DNA from: Candidatus Karelsulcia muelleri
GTDB lineage: Bacteria; Bacteroidota; Bacteroidia; Flavobacteriales; Blattabacteriaceae
DNA length: 32,000 nucleotides
Assembly (NCBI RefSeq): GCF_003214255.1
Contig: NZ_CP029011.1
Coordinates: forward strand, 241,707-273,706
Direction: 5' to 3'
The notes below the pieces were generated by a model. It saw only the letters and a program-made list of their open reading frames with translations. It searched no databases and was not told the DNA's origin. Each line of letters begins with the position of its first letter. Position 1 is the stretch's first letter. This document shows positions 1-8,353 of this stretch, in pieces. Position numbers and translations under genes: made by a program.

Positions 1-453
1 GTAGAAAAATTAAAAAAAGAATTAAAAGTTTTGACTAAAAAAGTAATTCAAATAAATATATTTGAAATAAAAAACCCAGAATTAGATGCTGTATTAGTTG
101 CTAAAACTATAGCTCGTAAATTAGAAAATAAATTTTCATATAAAAAAGCTATGAAAATTTGTTTAGCTGCTGCTTTACGTTTGAATGCAGAAGGAATAAA
201 AATTAAAATATCTGGACGTTTGAATGGAGCAGAAATGGCACGAACAGAAACTTATAAAGAAGGGAGAATTCCTTTATCAACTTTTAGAGCAGATATAGAT
301 TATTCTATGGCAGAAGCTCATACTAATTATGGAATCATAGGAATAAAAGTATGGATCATGAAAGGAGAAATTTATGGTAAGAAAGATATGTATAATTTTT
401 TTAAATTAAGATCTAAAAAAAAAAATTCTTATAAAGAAAAAAAAAGAATTTAA
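1..453 (+). CDS. rpsC: 30S ribosomal protein uS3, C-terminal part (5' end outside window)
   Basis: Frame 1 is open from base 1, so the Met at 31 in the ORF track is internal. uS3 C-terminal domain motifs are present: [29 protein letters not shown]. It lies directly upstream of rplP as in the S10 operon. Confidence 0.93.
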   Translation, partial: VEKLKKELKVLTKKVIQINIFEIKNPELDAVLVAKTIARKLENKFSYKKAMKICLAAALRLNAEGIKIKISGRLNGAEMARTETYKEGRIPLSTFRADIDYSMAEAHTNYGIIGIKVWIMKGEIYGKKDMYNFFKLRSKKKNSYKEKKRI

Positions 454-465
454 AATTTAATAATT

Positions 466-876
466 ATGTTACAACCTAAAAAAACTAAATTTGAAAAACA
501 ACAAAAAGGAAGAATAAAAGGAAATTCAACAAGAGGAACAAAATTATATTTTGGCAAATATGGAATTAAATCCTTAGATCCAGGATGGATAACAGATAGA
601 CAGATAGAATCTGCTAGGGTTGCAGCCACACGGTTTCTTAAAAGACAAGGTAAATTGTGGATAAATATTTTTCCTGATAAACCTGTGACTAAAAAACCTC
701 AAGAAGTCCGGATGGGAAAAGGAAAAGGTGGAAGAGATCATTGGGTAGCAGTAATAAAACCAGGCAGAATTTTAATTGAAATAGATGAAGTAGACTTTAT
801 TTTAGGAAAAGAAGCTTTGAGATTAGCTTCTCAAAAATTACCAGTAAAAACGAAATTTATAATTAATAATAACTGA
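466..876 (+). CDS. rplP: 50S ribosomal protein uL16
   Basis: ATG start, 136 aa. Carries the uL16 motif VRMGKGKG plus RQIESARVA. Position matches synteny. Confidence 0.97.
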   Translation: MLQPKKTKFEKQQKGRIKGNSTRGTKLYFGKYGIKSLDPGWITDRQIESARVAATRFLKRQGKLWINIFPDKPVTKKPQEVRMGKGKGGRDHWVAVIKPGRILIEIDEVDFILGKEALRLASQKLPVKTKFIINNN

Positions 877-877
877 A

Positions 878-907
878 ATGTATAAAATTAAAATGTATAA
901 AAAAAAA
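878..907 (+). repeat. Imperfect tandem duplication (2 x 15 bp) of the rpsQ start module ATGTATAAA...
   Basis: atgtataaaattaaa (878-892) is followed by atgtataaaaaaaaa (893-907), 12 of 15 nt identical. This gives two in-frame ATGs ([10 protein letters not shown]). Confidence 0.7.
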
Positions 908-1135
908 AAAATTGGACTTGTAATAAGTAATAAAATGAAAAAAACTATAGTGATGGCTGAAACATATAAAAAAAAACATCCGATTTATAAAAAATTCATT
1001 TTAAAAAAAAAAAAATATCATGTTCATGATGAACATAATTTATGTAAAAAGGGTGATTTAGTAAAAATCATTGAAACTAGACCTTTTAGTAAAACTAAAA
1101 GTTGGCGATTATTGAAAATAATAAATAAGAAATAA
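878..1135 (+). CDS. rpsQ: 30S ribosomal protein uS17
   Basis: 85 aa with [22 protein letters not shown]...HVHDE...[10 protein letters not shown], typical of uS17. It starts 1 nt after the rplP stop. Confidence 0.95.
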   Translation: MYKIKMYKKKKIGLVISNKMKKTIVMAETYKKKHPIYKKFILKKKKYHVHDEHNLCKKGDLVKIIETRPFSKTKSWRLLKIINKK

Positions 1136-1136
1136 A

Positions 1137-1505
1137 ATGTTACAACAAGAATCAATAATTAGAGTAGCAGATAATTCTGGAGCTAAAAAAGTATTATTAA
1201 TAAGAGTTTTAGGAGGAACAAAAAAAAAATACGCCTATATAGGCGATACTATAATAGTTTCTATAAAAGAAGCTATAACAGGATCTAGTGTAAAAAAAGG
1301 ACAAGTATATAAAGCAGTAATAATAAGAACAAAAAAAAATATAAAACGTAAAGATGGATCTTATATTAAATTTGATGATAATGCATGTGTATTATTAACT
1401 AATACAGGGGAACTAAAAGGGACTAGAATTTTGGGCCCCGTTCCTAGAGAATTAAAAGAGAAAAATTATAATAAAATTATTTCATTAGCTATAGAAGTTT
1501 TATGA
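1137..1505 (+). CDS. rplN: 50S ribosomal protein uL14
   Basis: 122 aa. N-terminus [18 protein letters not shown] is the canonical uL14 start. Confidence 0.98.
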   Translation: MLQQESIIRVADNSGAKKVLLIRVLGGTKKKYAYIGDTIIVSIKEAITGSSVKKGQVYKAVIIRTKKNIKRKDGSYIKFDDNACVLLTNTGELKGTRILGPVPRELKEKNYNKIISLAIEVL

Positions 1506-1768
1506 AAAAACTAAGAAAAGGAGATACTGTAATAATTTTAACAGGGGAAAAGAAAACAAAAAAAGGAATTATATATAAAATATATAAGAAAAAAAATAAA
1601 GCATTATTACAGAATGGTTATGCCAAAGAAATACTAATAAATATCTCAAATATTTCATTTTTAAAAAAAGTAAAATCCCATTATTATCCAATAAAAATTG
1701 GATTTAAAATTGACAAAAAAGGTCAAAAACAAAGAGTTTCCAAAAAAACTGGAAAGATTATTAATTAA
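1502..1768 (+). CDS. rplX: 50S ribosomal protein uL24 (short form)
   Basis: KOW motif [17 protein letters not shown] is present. ATGA overlap with rplN. Sits in the slot between rplN and rplE. 88 aa. Confidence 0.85.
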   Translation: MKKLRKGDTVIILTGEKKTKKGIIYKIYKKKNKALLQNGYAKEILINISNISFLKKVKSHYYPIKIGFKIDKKGQKQRVSKKTGKIIN

Positions 1769-1780
1769 TTTTTTTAAAAA

Positions 1781-2335
1781 ATGAATTTGAATTGTTTTCC
1801 AAGAACGAAATTTTTGTATAAAACAAAAATAATTAATAAATTAAAAAAAAAATTTAATTATAAATGTATAATGCAAGTTCCAAAACTAAAAAAAATCGTT
1901 TTAAATCAAGGAATTAATATTTCTTTTTTTGAAAAAAAAACTATTTCTAATGCAATAGATAATATTACTGCAATAACAGGTCAAAAAGCAATTTATTGTT
2001 TATCCAAACGTGATGAATCTGGTTTTAAATTAAGAAAAGGAACTCCTATAAGTATTAAAGTAACCTTAAGAAGGAATATTATGTATGAATTTTTAGATAG
2101 ATTAATTAATATTGCTTTACCAAGAGTTCGTGATTTTAAAGGAGTAAATAAAAAGAGTTTTGATGGCAAAGGAAATTATAATTTAGGAATTTCTGAACAA
2201 ATTATATTTCCAGAAATAAATTCTGAATTTTTAAAAAAAAATATTGGAATGAATATAACTTTTGTGACTTCTTCTAAGTCTGATAAAGAAGCTAAATATT
2301 TATTATATTTATTTGGAATTCCTTTTAAAAAATAA
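1781..2335 (+). CDS. rplE: 50S ribosomal protein uL5
   Basis: 184 aa with [15 protein letters not shown] and FPEI motifs. Position matches synteny. Confidence 0.95.
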   Translation: MNLNCFPRTKFLYKTKIINKLKKKFNYKCIMQVPKLKKIVLNQGINISFFEKKTISNAIDNITAITGQKAIYCLSKRDESGFKLRKGTPISIKVTLRRNIMYEFLDRLINIALPRVRDFKGVNKKSFDGKGNYNLGISEQIIFPEINSEFLKKNIGMNITFVTSSKSDKEAKYLLYLFGIPFKK

Positions 2336-2340
2336 AAAAA

Positions 2341-2610
2341 ATGGCAAAAGAATCTTTAAAAGCAAGGCAAAAAAAACGTAAAATGATGGTTTTAAAATAT
2401 GCTAAAAAACGAAAATTATTAAAATTAAATAGAGATTATGAAGGATTACAAAAATTACCTCGAAATGCTTCTCCTGTACGAGTACATAATCTTTGTTCTT
2501 TAACTGGAAGATCGAAAGGATATATGAGAAAATTTGGAATTTCCCGGATTGAATTTAGAAGGTTAGCTTCTCAAGGATTTATTCCAGGAATTGTGAAAGC
2601 TAGTTGGTAA
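2341..2610 (+). CDS. rpsN: 30S ribosomal protein uS14 (89-aa long form)
   Basis: C-terminus [27 protein letters not shown] is canonical uS14. Confidence 0.96.
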   Translation: MAKESLKARQKKRKMMVLKYAKKRKLLKLNRDYEGLQKLPRNASPVRVHNLCSLTGRSKGYMRKFGISRIEFRRLASQGFIPGIVKASW

Positions 2611-2633
2611 CTTTAATTAAATTATAAAAAAAA

Positions 2634-3035
2634 ATGATTACAGATCCAATAGCTGATTGCTTAACTAGAATTAGAAATGGGTATTTATCAAATAATATGA
2701 TTGTTGAAATGCAATATTCGAAAATAAAAAAAGATATAATAAATATATTATATAATCAAGGATTGATATCAAGTTATAAAATAGAAAGAAGAAAGAAAGA
2801 GAAATTTGTTATAAAAGTAGCTATAAAATATAATAAATATACTGGAACATCTGTAATAAAATGTATAAAAAGAATTAGTAAACCGAGTTTAAGACAATAT
2901 TGTAAATATAAAAAAATTCCTCGTGTTATAAATGGATTAGGAATTGCAATTTTATCGACTTCTAAAGGAATAATGACTGATAAAATTGCACGTAAAAAAA
3001 AACTTGGAGGAGAAATAATATGTTTTATTTATTAA
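2634..3035 (+). CDS. rpsH: 30S ribosomal protein uS8
   Basis: N-terminus [16 protein letters not shown] and C-terminus GGEIICFIY. Confidence 0.96.
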   Translation: MITDPIADCLTRIRNGYLSNNMIVEMQYSKIKKDIINILYNQGLISSYKIERRKKEKFVIKVAIKYNKYTGTSVIKCIKRISKPSLRQYCKYKKIPRVINGLGIAILSTSKGIMTDKIARKKKLGGEIICFIY

Positions 3036-3063
3036 ATGAAATTAAATATAATATATATATTAT

Positions 3064-3612
3064 ATGTCTAGAATTGGCAAACTTCCAGTTTTAATTCCTG
3101 AAAATGTTGTTGTAAAACAAGAAAAAAATATAATTTATATTAATGGTCCTTTAGGAAAATTAAAACAAAAAATAATAGGTGAGATTAAAATATCTCTTAA
3201 AAAGAATTTTATTTTTCTAAAAAGAAAGAAGAATGATAAAAAAAATCGTGCATTACATGGATTATATCGTATGTTGATCTTTAATATGATTAAAGGAGTA
3301 TCTACTGGATTTAAAAAAGAATTAAAAGTGATAGGAATAGGATATAAAGCATCTAATAATAAACAAATTTTAGATTTAAATATAGGATATTCTCATAATA
3401 TAATGATGAAATTACCTAAAGAAATTACTTTAGAAGTAAAAAGAGAAAAAAATAAAACTACTCATATAATTTTAAATTCTTATGATAAACAATTATTAGG
3501 AATAGTAGCAGCCAAAATAAGATCTTTAAAAAAACCAGATCCTTATAAAGGAAAAGGAATTCGTTATTTAAATGAAATGGTAAGAAAAAAAATAGGAAAA
3601 TCTGCTAAATAA
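3064..3612 (+). CDS. rplF: 50S ribosomal protein uL6
   Basis: N-terminus MSRIGKLPV, 182 aa. Position matches synteny. Confidence 0.95.
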   Translation: MSRIGKLPVLIPENVVVKQEKNIIYINGPLGKLKQKIIGEIKISLKKNFIFLKRKKNDKKNRALHGLYRMLIFNMIKGVSTGFKKELKVIGIGYKASNNKQILDLNIGYSHNIMMKLPKEITLEVKREKNKTTHIILNSYDKQLLGIVAAKIRSLKKPDPYKGKGIRYLNEMVRKKIGKSAK

Positions 3613-3924
3613 ATGATAAGAAAAAAAAAAATATTTGGGTATTTAGAAAAACCTAGAATTTCAGTTTTTAGAAGTAATAAACATATTTATGCTCAAGTAA
3701 TAGATGATTATAAAGGACATACTTTAATTTCTGTTTCATCAAAAAATTTTGATTTTAAAAATCTAAAAAAAAAAGAGATTTCTTATAAGATAGGAAAAAT
3801 TTTAGGTAAAAAAATTTATTCTTATGGAATAAAAAAAATAGTTTTTGATAGAAATAGATATATTTATCATGGCAGAGTAAAAGCTTTAGCAGAAGGCTTA
3901 AGAAATGTCGGGTTACAATTTTAA
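3613..3924 (+). CDS. rplR: 50S ribosomal protein uL18 (N-terminally short)
   Basis: PRISVFRSNKHIYAQVIDD motif, 103 aa. Its stop overlaps the rpsE ATG by 1 nt (TAATG). Confidence 0.93.
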   Translation: MIRKKKIFGYLEKPRISVFRSNKHIYAQVIDDYKGHTLISVSSKNFDFKNLKKKEISYKIGKILGKKIYSYGIKKIVFDRNRYIYHGRVKALAEGLRNVGLQF

Positions 3925-4469
3925 TGGGTATGAAAAAATTAAAAATAAAAAAAAATTATAAATTAAAAATTTTAAAAAAAATTAATTTAGATTTAAAAGA
4001 AAAATTAGTTGTGGTTAATCGAGTTTGTAAAGTTACTAAAGGTAGAAGATATTTTAGTTTTACTGCGTTAGTAATAAAAGGAGATAAAAAAGGATTAGTA
4101 GGTTATGGATTTGGAAAAGCTAAAGAAGCACCGGAAGCTATTGCTAAAGCAGGTGAAAAAGCAGAAAAAAAATTATTAAAAATAAATATTATTAAAGGAG
4201 GAACAATACCTCATGAACAAGAAGCCAAATATGGAGGAGCCCGTGTTTTTATTTGTCCGGCTTCCGAAGGAACTGGAATAATTGCTGGTGGGGCAGTGAG
4301 ATCTGTTTTAGAAGCAGTTGGCTTGAAAAATGTATTATCTAAATCAAAAGGATCTTCTAATAATCAGAATTGTATTAAAGCTACAATGTTAGCTTTATCT
4401 AAACTACGAACTTTAAATACTATAGCTTTAGAAAGAGGAGTTTCTATAAAAACAATTTTAAAAAAATAA
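3924..4469 (+). CDS. rpsE: 30S ribosomal protein uS5
   Basis: VNRVCKVTKGRRYFSFTALVIKGDKKGLVGYGFGKAKE, the uS5 dsRBD plus S5 C-terminal domain. Confidence 0.96.
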   Translation: MGMKKLKIKKNYKLKILKKINLDLKEKLVVVNRVCKVTKGRRYFSFTALVIKGDKKGLVGYGFGKAKEAPEAIAKAGEKAEKKLLKINIIKGGTIPHEQEAKYGGARVFICPASEGTGIIAGGAVRSVLEAVGLKNVLSKSKGSSNNQNCIKATMLALSKLRTLNTIALERGVSIKTILKK

Positions 4470-4556
4470 AAAAATAAAAAAATAAAAAAATAAAAAAATA
4501 AAAAAATAAAAAAATAAAAAAATAAAAAAATAAAAAAATAAAAAAATAAAAAAATA
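4461..4556. repeat. Perfect tandem array, 12 copies of the octamer AAAAAATA
   Basis: A T occurs at exactly every 8th base (4467, 4475 ... 4555) with A everywhere else. The array starts in the last codons of rpsE and ends 1 nt before the rpmD ATG. Confidence 0.97.
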
Positions 4557-4727
4557 ATGATGAAAATTTTGTTAAAAAAAAGTTCTATAAAAAAAAGTAA
4601 ATCCCAAAAATTAACATTGTTAGCTTTAGGATTAAAAAAACTTAATTCGACAGTAGAACATATTTTAACCCCATCAATAATGGGAATGATAAAAAAGGTA
4701 TCACATTTATTATTAATAAATAATTAA
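4557..4727 (+). CDS. rpmD: 50S ribosomal protein uL30 (absent from ORF track, 56 aa)
   Basis: ATGATG at 4557 and TAA at 4725-4727. Translation is [56 protein letters not shown]. It matches the uL30 core pattern L.ALGL.K....V.....P...GM..KV.HL. It occupies the canonical slot between rpsE and rplO. Confidence 0.88.
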   Translation: MMKILLKKSSIKKSKSQKLTLLALGLKKLNSTVEHILTPSIMGMIKKVSHLLLINN

Positions 4728-4731
4728 AATT

Positions 4732-5181
4732 ATGATATTAAATAATTTAAAATATAAATTTGGATCTGTAAGAAAAGAAAAAAGATTAGGCAGGGGACAA
4801 GGATCTGGAAAAGGTGGGACTTGTACTAAAGGTCATAAAGGAGCAAAATCTCGTTCAGGAAATTCTAAAAAATTAGGTTTTGAAGGAGGGCAAATGCCAT
4901 TACAAAGAAGAATTCCAAAATTTGGATTTAAAAATTTTAATAAAAAAAAATATTTAATTTTCAATTTAGATACAATACAATATTTAATAAATATTGGAAA
5001 ATTGAAAAAAAAAATAACTATAGAAAGTTTTAGAAAACTAGGTTTTTTTAAAAAAAATATTTTTTACAAAATTTTAGGAAGAGGAAAATTAACCTATAAA
5101 ATAGATATTACTGCTCATAAATTTAGTAAAAAAGCATTCAATGGAATTAAAAAATTGGGGGGAAATTTAAGAATATTATGA
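4732..5181 (+). CDS. rplO: 50S ribosomal protein uL15
   Basis: [24 protein letters not shown]...[14 protein letters not shown]. Confidence 0.96.
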   Translation: MILNNLKYKFGSVRKEKRLGRGQGSGKGGTCTKGHKGAKSRSGNSKKLGFEGGQMPLQRRIPKFGFKNFNKKKYLIFNLDTIQYLINIGKLKKKITIESFRKLGFFKKNIFYKILGRGKLTYKIDITAHKFSKKAFNGIKKLGGNLRIL

Positions 5182-6509
5182 AATTAAAAAATCTTTTGAA
5201 GATTTTGAATAAAAAAGAATTATCATCAAAAATATATTATACATTCTTTATAATTTTAATATATCGTTTTGGATCATTTTTCCCTATTCCATTTATCAAA
5301 CCAATTTATATAAATGAAATTGGTTTTAAAAAAAAGATTTTCACTTCTTTTACTTCTTTTGGTTTTAAAAAAAATATTTTAACTTCTTTAACAGGAGGAG
5401 CCTGTAATAGAGCGTCTATTTTTTCTTTAGGGATTCTGCCAAATATATCAGCATCAATTTTTATACAATTTCTTTGTTATTTTTTTCCTTTTTTTAAAAA
5501 ATTGAAAAAGAATGGCCCCCTTGGAAAAAGAAAACTAAATTTGATTACTAAAGGTATAACTTTAATATTATCTTTAATGAAAGCTAATGCGTATATTTTC
5601 TATTTAATTAATATTTTTCTTAAGAAGAAGACATATTATTTAAATTTTATTTTAATTTATGGAAAATATTTTTTCTTATTTACATCAATAATATGTTTAA
5701 CTACAGGAACATTCTTAACAATGTGGTTAAAAGAAAAAATTAATGAAAAAGGGCTAGGAAATGGAAATTCATTTTTAATAATAAGTGGAATGTTATCTCG
5801 TTTTATAAATTCTTTTATATCTGAAATATTAAATAGAATTAATGAAAATGTTTTTTTAGGAATTTTAAGATTATTATTTGAAATAATAGTTTGGATATTC
5901 ATTATTGGAATTGCAATTATTATAATAAAATCTGTAAGAAAAATTTATATACATTATATAAATAATTTTGGGTTGAAAAGAAACTATTCTTCTAATTTAG
6001 AAGAAATAAAATTTTTACCTTTAAAAGTAGTTCATACAGGAGTTATGCCTATTATGTGTTCACAAGGAATGTTATTTTTCTTAATAACATTAATGTCTAA
6101 AATACATTATAATTCTATAGATATTATAATTGAAAAATTAAAAAATATATATGGATTATGGTATAATATTCTGTATAGTATAATAATAATATTAATTACG
6201 TTTTTTTCTACTTATTTTTCTATTTCTGTTAATACAATTTCAGATGATTTAAAATTAAATGGAGGATATATACCAAATGTAAAACCTGGAAAAGAAACTT
6301 CTTTGTTTTTAAAAAAAATTGTTTCACAAATATCCTTGATAGGATCATTATTATTAACTATAATGGCTTTATTACCGTCAATCTTTGTTTGTCTGGGAGG
6401 AGATAAAAATTTTGCTTTCTTTTTTGGAGGTTCCTCATTAATAATTTTAGTAGGAAGTTTATTAGAAATAAAAACAACAATAAATAGTTATTTATTAAAT
6501 TATAATTAA
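5178..6509 (+). CDS. secY: Preprotein translocase subunit SecY
   Basis: 443-aa polytopic membrane protein. Carries the motif [25 protein letters not shown] (canonical GGA..R.SIFALGI.PYI.ASI..Q). ATGA overlap with rplO. Position matches synteny. Confidence 0.93.
   Translation: MKLKNLLKILNKKELSSKIYYTFFIILIYRFGSFFPIPFIKPIYINEIGFKKKIFTSFTSFGFKKNILTSLTGGACNRASIFSLGILPNISASIFIQFLCYFFPFFKKLKKNGPLGKRKLNLITKGITLILSLMKANAYIFYLINIFLKKKTYYLNFILIYGKYFFLFTSIICLTTGTFLTMWLKEKINEKGLGNGNSFLIISGMLSRFINSFISEILNRINENVFLGILRLLFEIIVWIFIIGIAIIIIKSVRKIYIHYINNFGLKRNYSSNLEEIKFLPLKVVHTGVMPIMCSQGMLFFLITLMSKIHYNSIDIIIEKLKNIYGLWYNILYSIIIILITFFSTYFSISVNTISDDLKLNGGYIPNVKPGKETSLFLKKIVSQISLIGSLLLTIMALLPSIFVCLGGDKNFAFFFGGSSLIILVGSLLEIKTTINSYLLNYN
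5322..5399 (+). repeat. In-frame imperfect tandem duplication, 2 x 39 bp, inside secY
   Basis: ggttttaaaaaaaagattttcacttctttt... (5322-5360) is followed by ggttttaaaaaaaatattttaacttcttta... (5361-5399). About 30 of the first 33 nt are identical. Encoded peptides are [13 protein letters not shown] and [13 protein letters not shown]. Confidence 0.85.
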
Positions 6510-6511
6510 AA

Positions 6512-6727
6512 ATGGCAAAAGAAAAACATTTTGAAATAGATGGAATTGTTTTAATGGCATTACCTAATGCAATGTTTAAAGTGGAATTAAAAAATAAATG
6601 TATTGTGACTTGTTATATTACAGGAAAAATGCGGATGAATTTTATTAAAATTTTACCAGGTGATAAAGTTCGTTTACAAATGTCTTCTTATGATTTAAGT
6701 AAAGCAAGAATTGTATATAGATATTAA
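6512..6727 (+). CDS. infA: Translation initiation factor IF-1
   Basis: 71 aa with [16 protein letters not shown]...[12 protein letters not shown]. Confidence 0.97.
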   Translation: MAKEKHFEIDGIVLMALPNAMFKVELKNKCIVTCYITGKMRMNFIKILPGDKVRLQMSSYDLSKARIVYRY

Positions 6728-6734
6728 ATTTTTT

Positions 6735-6851
6735 ATGAAAAAAGTAACGTCTCTTAAAAAAAGAAGTGAAAATTGTCAAATTGTTAAACGTAAAGGTCGT
6801 TTAAGAATTATTAATAAATTAAATCCTAAATTTAAACAAAAACAAGGTTAA
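6735..6851 (+). CDS. rpmJ: 50S ribosomal protein bL36 (absent from ORF track, 38 aa)
   Basis: ATG at 6735 and TAA at 6849-6851. Translation is [38 protein letters not shown]. It occupies the slot between infA and rpsM. The zinc-free [16 protein letters not shown] form resembles what I recall for Bacteroidota. Confidence 0.9.
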   Translation: MKKVTSLKKRSENCQIVKRKGRLRIINKLNPKFKQKQG

Positions 6852-6855
6852 TATT

Positions 6856-7263
6856 ATGGCTATAATATCAGGAATAGAAATTCCAAAAAATAAAAGAGGA
6901 CTAATAGCACTGACTTATATATTTGGAATAGGAATTAGTACATCTAAAAAAATATTTAACAATACAGGAATTGATAAAAATAAAAAAGTATCCAACTGGA
7001 CAGATAATGAAATAAAAAAAATAAGAAAATTTATATCTGATAAGATAAAAACAGAAGGAGAATTAAGGTTGGAAATCCAATTAGATATAAAAAGAATTAT
7101 GGATATTGGATGTTATAGAGGAATAAGGCATAGATTAGGATTACCTGTTAGAGGACAAAAAACTAAAAAGAATTGTAGAACAAGAAAAGGTAAAAAAAAA
7201 ACAGTTGCAACTAAAGCAACTAAAAAAAAATTAAATAAAAATATAAAAAAAAATAAAAAATAA
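6856..7263 (+). CDS. rpsM: 30S ribosomal protein uS13
   Basis: [36 protein letters not shown], followed by a lysine-rich tail. Confidence 0.96.
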   Translation: MAIISGIEIPKNKRGLIALTYIFGIGISTSKKIFNNTGIDKNKKVSNWTDNEIKKIRKFISDKIKTEGELRLEIQLDIKRIMDIGCYRGIRHRLGLPVRGQKTKKNCRTRKGKKKTVATKATKKKLNKNIKKNKK

Positions 7264-7269
7264 AATTTA

Positions 7270-7299
7270 ATGGAAAAAAAAGAAATGGAAAAAAAAGAA
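7270..7299 (+). repeat. Perfect tandem duplication (2 x 15 bp) of the rpsK start module ATGGAAAAAAAAGAA
   Basis: atggaaaaaaaagaa at 7270-7284 is repeated exactly at 7285-7299 ([10 protein letters not shown]). Confidence 0.95.
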
Positions 7300-7650
7300 T
7301 CAATGGATTCTATAGGAAAAGCTTATATAAATTCAACATTTAATAATATTATTATAACAATAACAAATCAAAAAGGAGATGTAATTGCATGGTCTTCAGC
7401 AGGAAAAATGGGATTTAAAGGTTCAAAAAAAAATACTCCATATGCTGCTCAAGTTGCTGCAGCAGATGTTGCTGAAAAAGGATTGAAGGCTGGATTAAAA
7501 AAATTAAAGGTCATAGTAAAAGGTCCAGGTGCTGGCAGAGATTCTGCTATTCGGACATTAGTAAATAAAAATTTTACTTTATTAGTAATTAAAGATATTA
7601 CTCCTATTCCTCATAATGGGTGTAGACCTCCTAAAAGGAGAAGAGTATAA
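7270..7650 (+). CDS. rpsK: 30S ribosomal protein uS11
   Basis: [38 protein letters not shown] and C-terminus [11 protein letters not shown]. The true start is ambiguous among ATGs at 7270, 7285 and 7303. Confidence 0.96.
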   Translation: MEKKEMEKKESMDSIGKAYINSTFNNIIITITNQKGDVIAWSSAGKMGFKGSKKNTPYAAQVAAADVAEKGLKAGLKKLKVIVKGPGAGRDSAIRTLVNKNFTLLVIKDITPIPHNGCRPPKRRRV

Positions 7651-7671
7651 TATAATTAAAATTAAAAAAAA

Positions 7672-8343
7672 ATGGCAAAATATATAGGACCAAAAAATAA
7701 AATTGCCCGTAAATTTGAATTGGGAGAATCAATTTATTTAAAAGAAAAGAATAATTTTGAAAATAAAAAAACTTTCGATGGACAGTATGTAAATCCTCGT
7801 AGTGGAAAAAATCGTAAAATAATTAAAAAACTAAATAAAAAACTAAATAAAAAACTAAATAAAAAAAAATCATTTTATTTTATTCAATTGTTAGAAAAAC
7901 AAAAAGTAAAATATACTTATGGAATTTTAGAAAAACAATTTAGAAAAATGTTTGAGAAAGCTTCAAAAAAAAAGGGAAGAAAAGGGGAAATACTTTTACA
8001 ATTATGTGAATCTAGATTAGATAATATTGTTTATAGATTAAAATTATCACATACTAGACCGGAAGCCAGACAATTAGTATCACATCGGCATATTACTGTT
8101 AATGGAAAAATTGTAAATATTCCTTCTTATAATTTGAAACCAGGAGATAAAATTTCTTTAATAGAAAAATATAAAAAACAAAAAGCAATTCTTTTGGAGA
8201 AAAAAAGATTAGTTGGAAAGGTAACAACTTGGTTAAGTTGGGATAATGAAAATTTTATAGGGATATTAAAATCAATACCAAGAAGAGAACAAATTCCTGA
8301 AATGATTAATGAAAATTTAATAGTGGAATTATATTCTAAATAA
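7672..8343 (+). CDS. rpsD: 30S ribosomal protein uS4
   Basis: N-terminus MAKYIGPKNKIARK. S4 RNA-binding domain RLDNIVYRLKLSHTRPEARQLVSHRHITVNGK. Confidence 0.96.
   Translation: MAKYIGPKNKIARKFELGESIYLKEKNNFENKKTFDGQYVNPRSGKNRKIIKKLNKKLNKKLNKKKSFYFIQLLEKQKVKYTYGILEKQFRKMFEKASKKKGRKGEILLQLCESRLDNIVYRLKLSHTRPEARQLVSHRHITVNGKIVNIPSYNLKPGDKISLIEKYKKQKAILLEKKRLVGKVTTWLSWDNENFIGILKSIPRREQIPEMINENLIVELYSK
7825..7860 (+). repeat. In-frame tandem repeat, 3 x 12 bp (AAAAAACTAAAT = KKLN) inside rpsD
   Basis: Three perfect copies at 7825-7836, 7837-7848 and 7849-7860, encoding KKLNKKLNKKLN. Confidence 0.95.
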
Positions 8344-8353
8344 TATAAATAAT

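Noticed and set aside
874-876. Possible UGA-to-Trp recoding (genetic code 4), as seen in some tiny symbiont genomes.
   Set aside because: Conserved tryptophans are encoded by TGG, for example DPGWITD and HWVAV in rplP and KLW in argH. TGA falls exactly where orthologues end (rplP, rplN, rplO, rpoA, trxB, mutL, ilvD). The standard bacterial code fits.
4461-4556. The periodic repeat as a CRISPR array or other spacer-containing system.
   Set aside because: The units are 8 nt long and directly abutting, with no spacers. There are no cas genes. It is a simple tandem octamer.
5657-5902. Antisense ORFs in the six-frame track: 5657-5902(-), 9142-9333(-), 13356-13595(+), 15488-15697(-), 16716-16961(+), 18416-18667(-), 25292-25504(+), 29584-29781(+), 30297-30527(+).
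   Set aside because: Each lies entirely inside a well-supported conserved gene on the opposite strand. Their low-complexity F/I/K/L-rich translations have no recognisable motifs. They are shadow ORFs of the kind expected opposite lysine- and asparagine-rich coding sequence.
6735-6851. bL36 lacking three of the four zinc ligands (Cys/Cys/His positions read S, N, F), considered as a sign of erosion.
   Set aside because: The sequence closely matches the zinc-independent bL36 form ([18 protein letters not shown]) that I recall as normal for Bacteroidota. It is probably lineage-typical rather than degenerate.
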